DNA from: an uncultured Clostridia bacterium
GTDB taxonomy: Bacteria > Bacillota > Clostridia > UBA1212
Assembly (NCBI GenBank): GCA_947304585.1
Contig: CAMZBI010000008.1
Span: 2,649 to 66,648 of the forward strand
DNA length: 64,000 nucleotides
Direction of reading: 5' to 3'
Shown piece by piece: positions 20,559 to 30,510 of the stretch. Numbering within the stretch: position 1 is the stretch's first letter; each line of letters opens with the position of its first letter. Below the pieces are notes generated by a model, which was not told the origin of the DNA, made no database searches, and saw nothing but the letters and a program-made list of their open reading frames with translations. The position numbers and the translations under genes are program-made.

Positions 20559-21686
20559 TCAGCCAAATATCTTGTCAAGTATCTTTCCCACGTGGCCCGC
20601 ATCGGGCTGAACGGGATTGGCGGCGGTGCATCCGTCCTTCAGGACAGACTCGATTATTCCCGCTCTTCTCTCTTTGAAGTCAGCAGAGTTGATTCCCAGC
20701 TGCATGAGAGTTTTCGGTATGCCGAGTTTGTTGTTGAGGTTTTCCAGTTCCCTTACGAGGTACTGAACGGCAAGTCTGGTTCCGGCTGCCGGAAGACCGA
20801 TGATCCTGGCGGCTTCGGCATATCTCACCGCAGACGACGACTTGTCCGCGCCGAAGGGAACGTCAAGGCCTGAATTGAAAGCTATCACGTGGGGAAGCGT
20901 GATCGCATTGGCCTCGCCGTGGGGTATCCGGAAGGCAGCGCCAAGGGCGTGGGATATGCTGTGGCATATGCCGAGACCCGCTTTTGTGAAGGCAAGACCG
21001 GCAAGGTAGGAGGCCATCATCATATTCTCCCTGGGTGTGTCCTCATCGCCCCGGAGGTATGCGTCATGGAGATTGGCGAAGGCAAGGCGCAGGGCTTTCT
21101 CCGCATAAGCATCCGAGATGGCGCTGGCGTTTACCGCCACATAAGCCTCAAGCGCATGAGTTATAACGTCCATTCCCGTAAAAGCGGTGACTGTTTTGGG
21201 AACGGTTTTTGTCAGAGTATAGTCCAGGATCGCCATGTCGGGTATCATCCGGTCGTCGGAGAGAGGAATTTTTCTGCCGACGGAAACATCCTTGACCACT
21301 GTGTAGTTGGTGACCTCGGAACCGGTACCCGCAGTAGTGGGAACCGCAACGAAATAAACTTTTCTGCCCTTCCCGAGGAGCACCAGCACCACAGCCTTTA
21401 CTGTATCTATTGCGCTGCCGCCGCCGAGGGCGACAACTATATCCGCATTTAGAGACTCGACGAATGCGCAGCACTCCGCCACCTGTTCAAGGGTGGGGTC
21501 CGGTTCTATTTTGTCGAATACCGCCTCTTTTCCGCAGCCCATGAGGCCTGTTGCGGAATCGGCGACACCGTTTTTTGTCATTATCGGATCGGTAATAACG
21601 GCAACCCGTTTCCCGTTAAAAGCAGCCAGGGCGTCGATCGACCCTGCGCCGAATATCAGATTGGAGTTCATTGACATTTTTTCCAT
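20559..21686 (-). CDS. iron-containing alcohol dehydrogenase (possible lactaldehyde reductase, FucO-like)
   Basis: Fe-ADH family motifs (GGGSAIDTVKA, metal-binding His cluster). Lies immediately downstream of the DeoR regulator and the GRM locus. Confidence 0.7.
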   Translation of the reverse strand: MEKMSMNSNLIFGAGSIDALAAFNGKRVAVITDPIMTKNGVADSATGLMGCGKEAVFDKIEPDPTLEQVAECCAFVESLNADIVVALGGGSAIDTVKAVVLVLLGKGRKVYFVAVPTTAGTGSEVTNYTVVKDVSVGRKIPLSDDRMIPDMAILDYTLTKTVPKTVTAFTGMDVITHALEAYVAVNASAISDAYAEKALRLAFANLHDAYLRGDEDTPRENMMMASYLAGLAFTKAGLGICHSISHALGAAFRIPHGEANAITLPHVIAFNSGLDVPFGADKSSSAVRYAEAARIIGLPAAGTRLAVQYLVRELENLNNKLGIPKTLMQLGINSADFKERRAGIIESVLKDGCTAANPVQPDAGHVGKILDKIFG

Positions 21687-21759
21687 AGGCTTTTCTCCAA
21701 ATCAGTGCCTTTCCGCACGTAATCTTCTGTAAGGGTCCGCGGATCTCAACATTTCCGCG

Positions 21760-22533
21760 TCAGAAACCGGATGGATAATAAAGTCCGATTCCTCTTTCGT
21801 TCAAATAATCCTTCCACTCGCTGCCGGGATCGCTGTCTGTAACTATCATGTCCACTCCGGTCACCGCGCAGATCTCTACAAGAGATATCCTGTCAAATTT
21901 TGTGCTGTCCACCGCCAATATTTTTCGCTTGGCGGATGTCAGTATGGTCCTCTTGACCTCTGCGTCCGCGTCGTTGATGTCGGTGATCAGACCTGTTGTC
22001 TTGTCAATTCCTTTGCAGGAAAAGATGGCGTAATCCACGTGGAATGATCTGATGGCTTCCACTGTTCTCGCCCCAACGAAAGCGTATCCGCCTTCTTTCA
22101 GGAGCCCGCCGGTGGCGAATACGCGCCAGGAAGGTTTGTCGCTGATTTCGCACACTATCTCGGCAGAATTGGTCACTACCGTAAGGTTTTTCTTGACTTT
22201 CAGAGCTTTCACCACGAAAAGCGCGGTGGAGCTTCCGTCCATCATTATATTGGCGCTGTCGGGGATCAGTTTCTCCATGACCCCGGCTATGGCCTGCTTC
22301 AGTTCCACGTTGGAGAGTTTCCTCACCGAGTAAGGCAGGTCCACGTTGGAACTTTCAAGGAGCACTGCGCCGCCGTAAATGCGCTGTGCAACTCCTTCGT
22401 TCTCAAGTTTCATCAGATCCCGCCGAACAGTCTCTTCAGTCACGCCGAAAAACAGGGCAAGGTCCGAGACGATGACCTTTTTTTCCTTCTGAAGCTTATC
22501 TCTTATGTATTGGAGTCTCTCGATGGCAAGCAT
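21760..22533 (-). CDS. DeoR/GlpR-family transcriptional regulator
   Basis: N-terminal HTH (LQYIRDKL..VIVSDLALFFGVTEETVRRDL) plus DeoR C-terminal sugar-phosphate-binding domain. Confidence 0.8.
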   Translation of the reverse strand: MLAIERLQYIRDKLQKEKKVIVSDLALFFGVTEETVRRDLMKLENEGVAQRIYGGAVLLESSNVDLPYSVRKLSNVELKQAIAGVMEKLIPDSANIMMDGSSTALFVVKALKVKKNLTVVTNSAEIVCEISDKPSWRVFATGGLLKEGGYAFVGARTVEAIRSFHVDYAIFSCKGIDKTTGLITDINDADAEVKRTILTSAKRKILAVDSTKFDRISLVEICAVTGVDMIVTDSDPGSEWKDYLNERGIGLYYPSGF

Positions 22534-22616
22534 TCCGGCGTTATGATTCAGGGGATCAGATATTTCCGCAGTTTACCGCAAAAAGCGGCTGTATCAGGTT
22601 CGGAAATACAACAATG

Positions 22617-23165
22617 TCAGAGAAGTGTGTTCCAGAGTTTTTTGTCAGGCCTCGGTATGATGGCACTGTCAAGGCCCATTCCGGTGGGGCCGACGGTTGC
22701 CAGGGCCTTTTCAACGGCAGCGGTGACCGCCGCCACATCTCCCGTGAGAAGCACGAATGCTTTTCCGGAGAGACCTCTTGCCAGCCTCAACTCTATAAGT
22801 CTGACGTCTGCTGTTTTGGCAGCCACATCCGCAGCGACTATAGCCCCTGCCACAGAGAAGGTCTCGACCATTCCCAGCGCTTCCGGCTCGCCGACGTCCG
22901 TGGCTCCGTAGATCGCCGTGAACAGCGTCTCGTGAGGATTGCCCAGCACAAAGCTGTCTACAAGCATCTCCGGGTAGGCCGTTGTCGCAGCTTCCACTGC
23001 AGCCTTCACAGCCCCCAGCCTTCCGCCGCAGAGGATAATGTATTTTCCCGGGCATACGGGGTGGGCTTCGAGGACCTCGACTTCAGCAGCCTTTATAAGA
23101 ACATCTGCAGCCTTAAGACCTGTGGAAATAGTTCTGTATTCGATCAAACCAATCGCTTTGCTCAT
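22617..23165 (-). CDS. pduT: BMC shell protein, tandem-BMC (PduT-like, Fe-S Cys present)
   Basis: 182 aa with two BMC domains. Cys in HPVCPGKY matches the PduT 4Fe-4S ligand position. Confidence 0.7.
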   Translation of the reverse strand: MSKAIGLIEYRTISTGLKAADVLIKAAEVEVLEAHPVCPGKYIILCGGRLGAVKAAVEAATTAYPEMLVDSFVLGNPHETLFTAIYGATDVGEPEALGMVETFSVAGAIVAADVAAKTADVRLIELRLARGLSGKAFVLLTGDVAAVTAAVEKALATVGPTGMGLDSAIIPRPDKKLWNTLL

Positions 23166-23181
23166 TTCCGCTTCTCCGTCA

Positions 23182-24510
23182 TTACGTTGTCAAAACAATA
23201 TATTTTTCGGTAATTTCCGAAACAGTGGCGTCTGCCGGTGAGTGCAGGGCCACTCCGAGTCCCGTTACCGGTGTCGAAGCTATGACCTGGTTCTTCACCA
23301 CCCTGTCCCCTTTGGAGACCTGGGGCGTGCAGGGTACGCCGATATGCTGTGAAAGCATTATCTTGAACTGTTTAAAGGATCTTGCGCTCTCGTCAAGAGG
23401 AGCAGGTCCGTCGTATTTGGACAATCCCAGCCTTGCGGTGAGACGCTCCTTGGACACGAGCCTGTGAGGTCTCTGTGCCGAGACCGGTTTTACCTCCGCC
23501 GGGCCCGCCATGGCAACTCCGCCCTTTCTCAGACCCGATTTGTATTCGGATATAAGTGTTCTCGGGGTGAGTCCCTGGTTGCAGGCGTACAGTTCACAGA
23601 CGCCGCAGCCGCAGCAGTAGAGAGTGTCCACAAAAGGCTTCACGTTGTCCGTTTTGAGACTGACTCCTGCGTTCATGAAATCCGCCGGGGATATGGGATG
23701 TCCCAGAAGATGCCTCGGACAGAGATCGGAACACATCATGCAGTCGCAGCAGACCGCTTTTGCCCTTGCAAACTGGAGCTTGACGTGAGGCGTTAAAGCA
23801 TTGGCGACATAGGAGCCCTGGCGCAGCAGTATGACACCGCTGGTGGTCTTTGTGACCACGTCCGAAGGAGAGGCGAGTCTCCCCATCATGGGGCCTCCCG
23901 AGAGATACACGGGATCGCTCACAGTCGCTCCGCCTGCCAGATCCACAAGTTCCCTGAAGGAAACGCCAACGGGAACCTTCAGAGTCACCGGCTTCTTCAC
24001 TTCGCCGCAGACCGTAACGTACTTTTCGGTTACAGGCAGGTCCTCCCGGATCGCTCTGTAGATGTTCAGCACGGTCTCCACGTTGTAAACGATGCATCCC
24101 ACGGCAATGGGAATGCTTCCCGGCGGCACCACTCTTCCTGTTGTCTCGTAGATCGTAACGACCTCATCACCCGCAGGATACACCTCCGGGAGAAAACCTA
24201 TCTTTATCCTTCTGAAGGAGGACAGATTTGCCTTGATCGCCTCGACAGCTCCGGAGTATGACTGCTTTATGGCAATGATAACGTTTTCAGCCTCGAGAGC
24301 CCCGGCAACTTCTTCAAGCGCCGTCATGATCTCGTAGGCATACTTCTCCATGACCTGTCTGTGCAATTTAAGCAAAGGCTCGCACTCGGCGCAGTTAAGA
24401 ATGACCGTGTCGGCTGATTTGTTCAGCTTGGCGTAGCTGGGAAAGCCCGCGCCGCCGCAGCCCACGATACCCTTCTCGCGTAATATTGTATTAAGCCTCG
24501 CAAGTTCCAT
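23182..24510 (-). CDS. pduS: PduS-like flavoprotein (RnfC/NuoF-like, 2x[4Fe-4S])
   Basis: GCGGAGFP NADH/FMN-binding motif. Two CxxCxxCxxxCP clusters. 442 aa. Confidence 0.7.
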   Translation of the reverse strand: MELARLNTILREKGIVGCGGAGFPSYAKLNKSADTVILNCAECEPLLKLHRQVMEKYAYEIMTALEEVAGALEAENVIIAIKQSYSGAVEAIKANLSSFRRIKIGFLPEVYPAGDEVVTIYETTGRVVPPGSIPIAVGCIVYNVETVLNIYRAIREDLPVTEKYVTVCGEVKKPVTLKVPVGVSFRELVDLAGGATVSDPVYLSGGPMMGRLASPSDVVTKTTSGVILLRQGSYVANALTPHVKLQFARAKAVCCDCMMCSDLCPRHLLGHPISPADFMNAGVSLKTDNVKPFVDTLYCCGCGVCELYACNQGLTPRTLISEYKSGLRKGGVAMAGPAEVKPVSAQRPHRLVSKERLTARLGLSKYDGPAPLDESARSFKQFKIMLSQHIGVPCTPQVSKGDRVVKNQVIASTPVTGLGVALHSPADATVSEITEKYIVLTT

Positions 24511-24573
24511 AACAATAACTTATGCGGAATACCCGACAGTACCCGCTGTATGAGCTTCTCAGGTCCCGATATA

Positions 24574-24837
24574 TCACTCGAGACCGATGCTGTCGTCGAC
24601 GATACCGACTATCGCCGCGTCGATGGGGCAGTTGACAAGACCGCAGCCGATCCTTGCCGCACTTCCCTCGGCGACCAGAACTATCTCGCCAATACCGGCT
24701 CCGACGTTGTCGATGGCAACAATTCTTTTCTTATCGGCCATGCTTTCCATAGGCTCGATGATCATGAATTTGTTTCCCACCAGATTTTCGTTTTTTCTTG
24801 TGGCAACAACGCTGCCAACCACTTTTCCTACAAGCAT
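24574..24837 (-). CDS. pduN: BMC vertex protein (EutN/PduN/CcmL family, BMC-P)
   Basis: 87 aa, MLVGKVVGSVVATRKNENLVGNKFMIIEP.. matches the EutN/CcmL fold signature. Confidence 0.8.
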   Translation of the reverse strand: MLVGKVVGSVVATRKNENLVGNKFMIIEPMESMADKKRIVAIDNVGAGIGEIVLVAEGSAARIGCGLVNCPIDAAIVGIVDDSIGLE

Positions 24838-24894
24838 AACCCACCTGTTTCCAAGCTCCCCGGGGCTCCTTTCAAGGAAGCCCCAAACAGCAGC

Positions 24895-25530
<636 letters not shown>

Positions 25531-25704
25531 AACTTTCCGCCTTTATTGCATTGCAGGTCTTTCAGTCCGGGCGCCGCTTTTCTTGCGGTTCGTCTTGCGA
25601 GTCCGCGCGTGTTCGAAACGGTCACACGGCGCCCGCGGCACAAAAGCTTTTTCCCGGTTCCGCTTTGTGAAGCGTACCCGGCTTTTTATCAATTCGGGGG
25701 TGTA

Positions 25705-25983
25705 TTACTTCAGTACAGGAAGAATTCTCTCGACGTCGTTGTGGGGCCTGGGGATCACGTGTGTAGCCACGAGCTCGCCGAGTTTTGCAGCGTTTGCGCC
25801 GCCTGCTTCTACTGCGGATTTAACTGCGCCAACGTCGCCTCTGACCATAACTGTAACGAGTCCGGATCCGATCTTCTCGGTGCCTACCAGCTCTACGTTA
25901 GCAGCTTTGAGCATTGCATCGGCTGCCTCGATAGCAGCTGTAAGTCCTCTTGTTTCAACCATTCCTAAAGCCTGTTGTACCAT
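25705..25983 (-). CDS. BMC-H shell protein (PduA/PduJ-like, 92 aa); possible longer isoform from ATG 26130
   Basis: [25 protein letters not shown].. with RBS AAGGAGG. The upstream in-frame region 25984-26130 encodes a Lys/Ala/Pro-rich tail and has its own RBS. Confidence 0.8.
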   Translation of the reverse strand: MVQQALGMVETRGLTAAIEAADAMLKAANVELVGTEKIGSGLVTVMVRGDVGAVKSAVEAGGANAAKLGELVATHVIPRPHNDVERILPVLK

Positions 25984-26135
25984 TTTCTTATCCTCCTTGG
26001 TTATTTCAGCTTTTCCGGCGTCGCCGGAGATAATTACTTTTTTCTCCGCAGGGGCTTTCTCCGCCGCGGGTTTTGCAGCGCTCTTTGGAGCGGAGCTTTT
26101 CTTTGCTACGGGTTTCTTTTCATCTGCCATAGCAA

Positions 26136-26423
26136 TCATCCTTTCTTAAGTCTGCTTGCGCTTATCTCTACGATCCTCTCCGTCTCCTCGTGGGGATTGG
26201 CGATTACTGCATGAGCGCAAGGTCTTACAAGGCCACGTGCCATTGCCGCATCGACTGCCTCGGTGACCGCCGACACGGAACCCCTGACGATTATGGTCAC
26301 AAGCCTGCCTCCCAGCTTCCGTTCCCATGTAACGAAGCTGACATTGGCGGTTTTGCACATAACGTCGAGAGCATCCAGTGCTCCTGTCACGCTTGACACT
26401 TCAATTAAGCCCAATGATTCCAT
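26136..26423 (-). CDS. BMC-H shell protein (95 aa)
   Basis: [32 protein letters not shown].. is a BMC domain. Confidence 0.75.
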   Translation of the reverse strand: MESLGLIEVSSVTGALDALDVMCKTANVSFVTWERKLGGRLVTIIVRGSVSAVTEAVDAAMARGLVRPCAHAVIANPHEETERIVEISASRLKKG

Positions 26424-26499
26424 GTCCTGTTCCTCCGTGAACCTGGCCTCTGCGGCCCGTTCCGACCGGTCTTACCGTTTTTCCCTTGATCTTCGCAAA

Positions 26500-26778
26500 T
26501 TACTTGACCTGGGGAAGGATCTTCTCAACATCGTTGTGGGGTCTCGGGATCACGTGGACCGCAACAAGCTCGCCGAGTTTTGCAGCGTTTGCGCCGCCGA
26601 CCTCTGTAGCAGCCTTAACAGCGGCAACGTCGCCTCTGACCATAACTGTTACGAGTCCGGAGCCGATCTTCTCTGTGCCGATAAGAACGACCTCTGCAGC
26701 CTTTACCATTGCATCCGCAGCCTCGATAGCTGCTGTGAGTCCTCTGGTCTCAACCATTCCCAATGCTTCCTGTACCAT
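26500..26778 (-). CDS. BMC-H shell protein (PduA/PduJ-like, 92 aa)
   Basis: [30 protein letters not shown]... Highly similar paralogue of the 25705..25983 gene. RBS GGAGGT. Confidence 0.85.
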   Translation of the reverse strand: MVQEALGMVETRGLTAAIEAADAMVKAAEVVLIGTEKIGSGLVTVMVRGDVAAVKAATEVGGANAAKLGELVAVHVIPRPHNDVEKILPQVK

Positions 26779-26879
26779 GATTTTTACCTCCGTATAAAAT
26801 TGGTTTTTTCTTTTTCGGTCCTTTCGGACAATTGTTGTTGATGATTACCTTTTGCTTTACGCCAATGCCCTTAGGTCCG

Positions 26880-27194
26880 CTAGAACTTGTCAAGGCCGCT
26901 CAGCTTCAGCATTTTTTCAGTGCCCGGCTCCGGATTGGCGATAATGTATGTGGAGATGACCTCCGACACCTTGTTGCCGGCCTCCTTTGCCGCTTCCACC
27001 GCAGCTTCCACCGCGGCAACACTGCCTCTGAATTTCACAAGCACGATCAGCGGAACCGAAAGTTTTTCCGGATGAGCAGGCTTGTTCCTGTCGAAAACTT
27101 CCATGTGAACGTTCGCCGCTTTACAGCCGGCATCGCCTGCCACGAAAGCTGCAACAAGTCCGTATACTTCTACAAATCCAACCGCTTCTCCCAT
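26880..27194 (-). CDS. BMC-domain shell protein (104 aa)
   Basis: MGEAVGFVEVYGLVAAFVAGDAGCKAANVHM.. is a BMC fold with a C-terminal tail. Confidence 0.7.
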   Translation of the reverse strand: MGEAVGFVEVYGLVAAFVAGDAGCKAANVHMEVFDRNKPAHPEKLSVPLIVLVKFRGSVAAVEAAVEAAKEAGNKVSEVISTYIIANPEPGTEKMLKLSGLDKF

Positions 27195-27242
27195 GCTCTT
27201 TGAAACTCTTTCCGGATGATTTTTTTACAGTCGACTATAAAT

Positions 27243-27284
27243 TTTAACTGTCAACTGTTCACTGTTAACTGTTACTTGTTAACT
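27243..27284 (-). repeat. tandem heptamer repeat, 6 units (minus-sense AGTTAAC AAGTAAC AGTTAAC AGTGAAC AGTTGAC AGTTAAA)
   Basis: Read directly in the 77-nt gap between the Zn-ADH stop and the BMC-H start. Same repeat family as at 36035 and 46664-46840. Confidence 0.8.
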
Positions 27285-28495
27285 ATTGCTATCTTCAGGC
27301 CTTCCTGCCTCAGGTTGACTCCCATTGCCTCGTTGATCTGATCCAGCGGGAACTTGTGGGTGATGAGCTCCTTGATCGGGAGTCCGATGCCCTGTGCCCT
27401 CTTGAGGAAATCAAATGTTGTGGCGTAATCTCTGAGTGTGTATACCCAGGATCCCACGATGGTGATCTCTTTGGAGCAGATGTCGAAGTGGGGGTTGATC
27501 GTAGCGTCGCCGCCGTTGATGAAGAAGCCCAGCTCGCAGAGTCCGCCGCCGTTGCGGATGAACTTGTAGATGTTGGAGTGGCCTCCGGGAGCGCCGGTAC
27601 ACTGGAATGCGAAGTCTGCAAGAGATCCGCCGCAGGCGTCCTTGACCGCATTGGTGAGTGCTTCAATACTCTTGTGGTCTTTGAAGTTCACGGATGCCTT
27701 GGCGCCCATTCTCTTGGCGAATTCAAGTCTCTGGGCATTTCCGTCAACCGCCACGATGGTCTCGATTCCCATTGTTCTCAGCACTGCGATGCAGATGAGT
27801 CCGATGGGTCCGCAGCCCTGAACAACGACCTTGGAGTTGAATCTCATGATGTTGGTGCTCTTGGCTCTTTCAACTGCGTGTACCAGAACTGCGCAGGGCT
27901 CGATGAGGATCCTGGAGTCCAGGTCGAGATCGCTTACGTTGAAGAATGTGGATCCCAGTTTTCCCCTGATCAGGATGTAATCCGAGAACCAGCCGTTGAG
28001 GTGAACGTCGTCGTCCGGAAGGAGTCCGTAAACGTCTGCGCCGCCAACGTTCTGCTTGTTAAGGTCGAACATAGTGATGGCCGGGTTGTCCTTGAAGATC
28101 ATGCAGGTCACGATCTTGTCGCCGACGCCAACAGGCTTTCCCGCGCTGTCAACTTTAACGTTTTTACCTATTTTTACGATTTCGCCTGTGCCTTCGTGTC
28201 CCAGAGCCACGGGGATGAGACTGAAGGGATCCTTGCGGAATTCGTGGGCGTCGGTGCCGCAGATGCCGCAGCCCTCAACCTTTACGAGGATATCGTCGTC
28301 GCCCACTTCGGGGATCGGATATTCTCTGATCTCAAATTTTTCAAGAGCGGTCAAAAACGCCACGTGAGCCGTCTTCGGGATCGCACCGTTTGCCGCAGGA
28401 GCAGAATAGGAACTGCCCGAAGCGGGAACCGGAGCGCCGTTCATGGCCTCAAGGACTTTCCTGACGATTTCCTGAATGTCACGTTGGTTGTCCAT
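27272..28495 (-). CDS. zinc-dependent (MDR-family) alcohol dehydrogenase with N-terminal encapsulation peptide
   Basis: GCGICGTDAHEF catalytic-Zn motif and GxGxxG Rossmann (VVQGCGPIGL). Start ATG 28495 (RBS GGAGGAAG). N-terminal DIQEIVRKVLEAM amphipathic helix plus Pro/Ser/Ala linker. Confidence 0.75.
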   Translation of the reverse strand: MDNQRDIQEIVRKVLEAMNGAPVPASGSSYSAPAANGAIPKTAHVAFLTALEKFEIREYPIPEVGDDDILVKVEGCGICGTDAHEFRKDPFSLIPVALGHEGTGEIVKIGKNVKVDSAGKPVGVGDKIVTCMIFKDNPAITMFDLNKQNVGGADVYGLLPDDDVHLNGWFSDYILIRGKLGSTFFNVSDLDLDSRILIEPCAVLVHAVERAKSTNIMRFNSKVVVQGCGPIGLICIAVLRTMGIETIVAVDGNAQRLEFAKRMGAKASVNFKDHKSIEALTNAVKDACGGSLADFAFQCTGAPGGHSNIYKFIRNGGGLCELGFFINGGDATINPHFDICSKEITIVGSWVYTLRDYATTFDFLKRAQGIGLPIKELITHKFPLDQINEAMGVNLRQEGLKIAIVNK

Positions 28496-28512
28496 AATGC
28501 TTCCTCCGTCTG

Positions 28513-29898
28513 TTATCTGATGCACAGGCTGTCTGACATGATGCAGTGTCTGCGCTTTGTAAATGTCTGAGCGGAAGTCAGTCCCTCACCGGTCCTGCTT
28601 GCTATTGTGAATGTGCAGTAGCCTTCGCCGCCGAATCCGAGAGCCGCATATGACGGTGCATTCTTCACCAGTATCGCGGTGTCGATGGCTTTTCCGTACT
28701 TGGTGATGTTGTCGATGTTCTTCGAGTGGATGTGAGCCGAGTGGCGGTTGCCGTGCTCAAGCCAGACAGCCTTCTCGATGGCGTCGTCAATATCCTTCGC
28801 TCTCACGATACCGAGGATGGGCATCATGAGCTCTGTGGCAATGAGAGGATGCTCCTTCTCGCCTTCGAAGATTATGCAGCGGACGTTTGACGGAACCTCT
28901 ACACCGATCATCCTCATCAGGGTCTTGGCATCCCTGCCGACGCACTTTCTGTTGAGAGCGCCCTTGGGAGTGATGACCGTCTGAGCCAGCTTCTCGATCT
29001 GCTCGGGTGTTGCTTCGTAGCAGCCGTTTTCCAGGAGATGATGTTTCAGTTCGTCCGCTATGCTCTCAACGGCAACGATCTCCTTTTCCGCGATGCAGGG
29101 AAGGTTGTTGTCGAAGGTGCAGCCGTTCACGATGTCTCTTGCAGCCTTCGGGATGTCAGCAGTGTCGTCAACAAGGGCGGGCGGGTTGCCTGCACCTGCG
29201 CCAATGCCTCTTCTTCCCGAGGAGAGCACTGTGGTAACGACTCCGGGGCCGCCTGTTGCGGCGATGAGCTGGATGGCCTTGTGGGACATCATTATTTTAG
29301 AAGTGTCCAGTGTGGGCTTCACCACAGACGTGGCAACGTTGCAGGGTCCGCCGGCTTCCATCGATGCTCTGTTTACGAGTTCAATGGCGAATTGGGAGGT
29401 CTTTATTGCCGCCGGATGGGGGTTGAACACCACCGTGTTTCCGCCTGCTATCATACCTATACTGTTGCAGAGAATGGTCTCGCTGGGGTTCGTGGTCGGT
29501 GTGATGGCTCCGATCACGCCAAAGGGTCCCATTTCAATAAGGGTAAGTCCCCTGTCTCCGGACCAGACTCTCGTTGTGATGTCCTCGGTGCCCGGGGTCT
29601 TCTCGGCAAGGAGCTTGTGTTTTAAGATCTTGTCTCCGACATTGCCCATGCCGGTCTCTTCAACACCCATTCTTGCCAGAAGCTCCGCGTTTTCGATGGT
29701 GAGCCGTCTGATATTGGAGATTATTTTCTCTCTGAAGTCCATAGGCATCTTCTGCATGACCTTCTGGGCCTCGATTGCCGCCGCAATGGCATCGTTCATA
29801 TCTTCAAATATGCCGAGCCTTTTCTCTGCGGGGGTATCCGAAAGCTGCATGTTTGCGATCACCTGAGCGACTATGGCCTTGATATCATTTTCGTTCAT
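28513..29898 (-). CDS. pduP: CoA-acylating aldehyde dehydrogenase (PduP/EutE-like) with N-terminal encapsulation peptide
   Basis: 461 aa, ALDH-fold catalytic Cys region (..NNLPCIAEKE..). N-terminus ENDIKAIVAQVIANMQL is EP-like. Confidence 0.8.
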   Translation of the reverse strand: MNENDIKAIVAQVIANMQLSDTPAEKRLGIFEDMNDAIAAAIEAQKVMQKMPMDFREKIISNIRRLTIENAELLARMGVEETGMGNVGDKILKHKLLAEKTPGTEDITTRVWSGDRGLTLIEMGPFGVIGAITPTTNPSETILCNSIGMIAGGNTVVFNPHPAAIKTSQFAIELVNRASMEAGGPCNVATSVVKPTLDTSKIMMSHKAIQLIAATGGPGVVTTVLSSGRRGIGAGAGNPPALVDDTADIPKAARDIVNGCTFDNNLPCIAEKEIVAVESIADELKHHLLENGCYEATPEQIEKLAQTVITPKGALNRKCVGRDAKTLMRMIGVEVPSNVRCIIFEGEKEHPLIATELMMPILGIVRAKDIDDAIEKAVWLEHGNRHSAHIHSKNIDNITKYGKAIDTAILVKNAPSYAALGFGGEGYCTFTIASRTGEGLTSAQTFTKRRHCIMSDSLCIR

Positions 29899-30442
29899 TT
29901 TTAGCGATTGCCTCCTTAAAAAGTTTTAATCCGTATTCAGCCAGAAACGTATCCTGTTCTTCGCTTCCGCCGCTTACGCCAATGCCGCCGATCACCGTTC
30001 CGTCAACCGTAAGAGGCTCGCCGCCTCCGAATATGACTATGCGTCCGTTGTTTGTCCACTGTATTCCGTAGAGAGGTTTGCCTGGCTGTGCCAGCTTCTT
30101 CAGCTCGGAGGTGGACATTTTGAGGGCGGCCACCGTGTATGCCTTCTGAAAAGCAATGTCGTAGCTTGCGATGTATGAATTGTCCATGCAGTGGACGGCA
30201 ACGGGATTCGCTCCTCTGTCCGAGACGGCGATCACGGCGTTAACGCCGATCTCTTTCGCCTTCTTTTCCACGCCTTCAATGAGTTCCTTCGCAAATGCGA
30301 GGTTCATGTTCTTGAGGCCTGAAAAACTCCGGGGCGCTCCGCTCTCTTTTGAGGGATCGCTTCCGCCGGCTTTTGAGCTCTTCTCTACCGCTCCTATCAC
30401 TTCAGCGACTATCTTTTCGATTTCCCTGTCGGTGAACTGCAT
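29885..30442 (-). CDS. DUF336 / GlcG-HbpS-like (PduO C-terminal-domain-like) protein with N-terminal encapsulation peptide
   Basis: C-terminal ~140 aa fits the GlcG/DUF336 fold (..GVSGGSEEQD..). N-terminus REIEKIVAEVIGAVEK is an amphipathic helix followed by a Gly/Ser linker. Confidence 0.55.
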   Translation of the reverse strand: MQFTDREIEKIVAEVIGAVEKSSKAGGSDPSKESGAPRSFSGLKNMNLAFAKELIEGVEKKAKEIGVNAVIAVSDRGANPVAVHCMDNSYIASYDIAFQKAYTVAALKMSTSELKKLAQPGKPLYGIQWTNNGRIVIFGGGEPLTVDGTVIGGIGVSGGSEEQDTFLAEYGLKLFKEAIAKNERK

Positions 30443-30510
30443 TTCAGGATACCTTTCCTAAGATCTCCGGAACACTGCCCGGGATCATTGGTCATTTGAG
30501 ATGGCCGGGA

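Noticed and set aside
22534-22616. Possible terminator between pduT and the DeoR gene (gccgctttttgcggt)
   Set aside because: The stem is only 4-5 bp with mismatches. Too weak to call.
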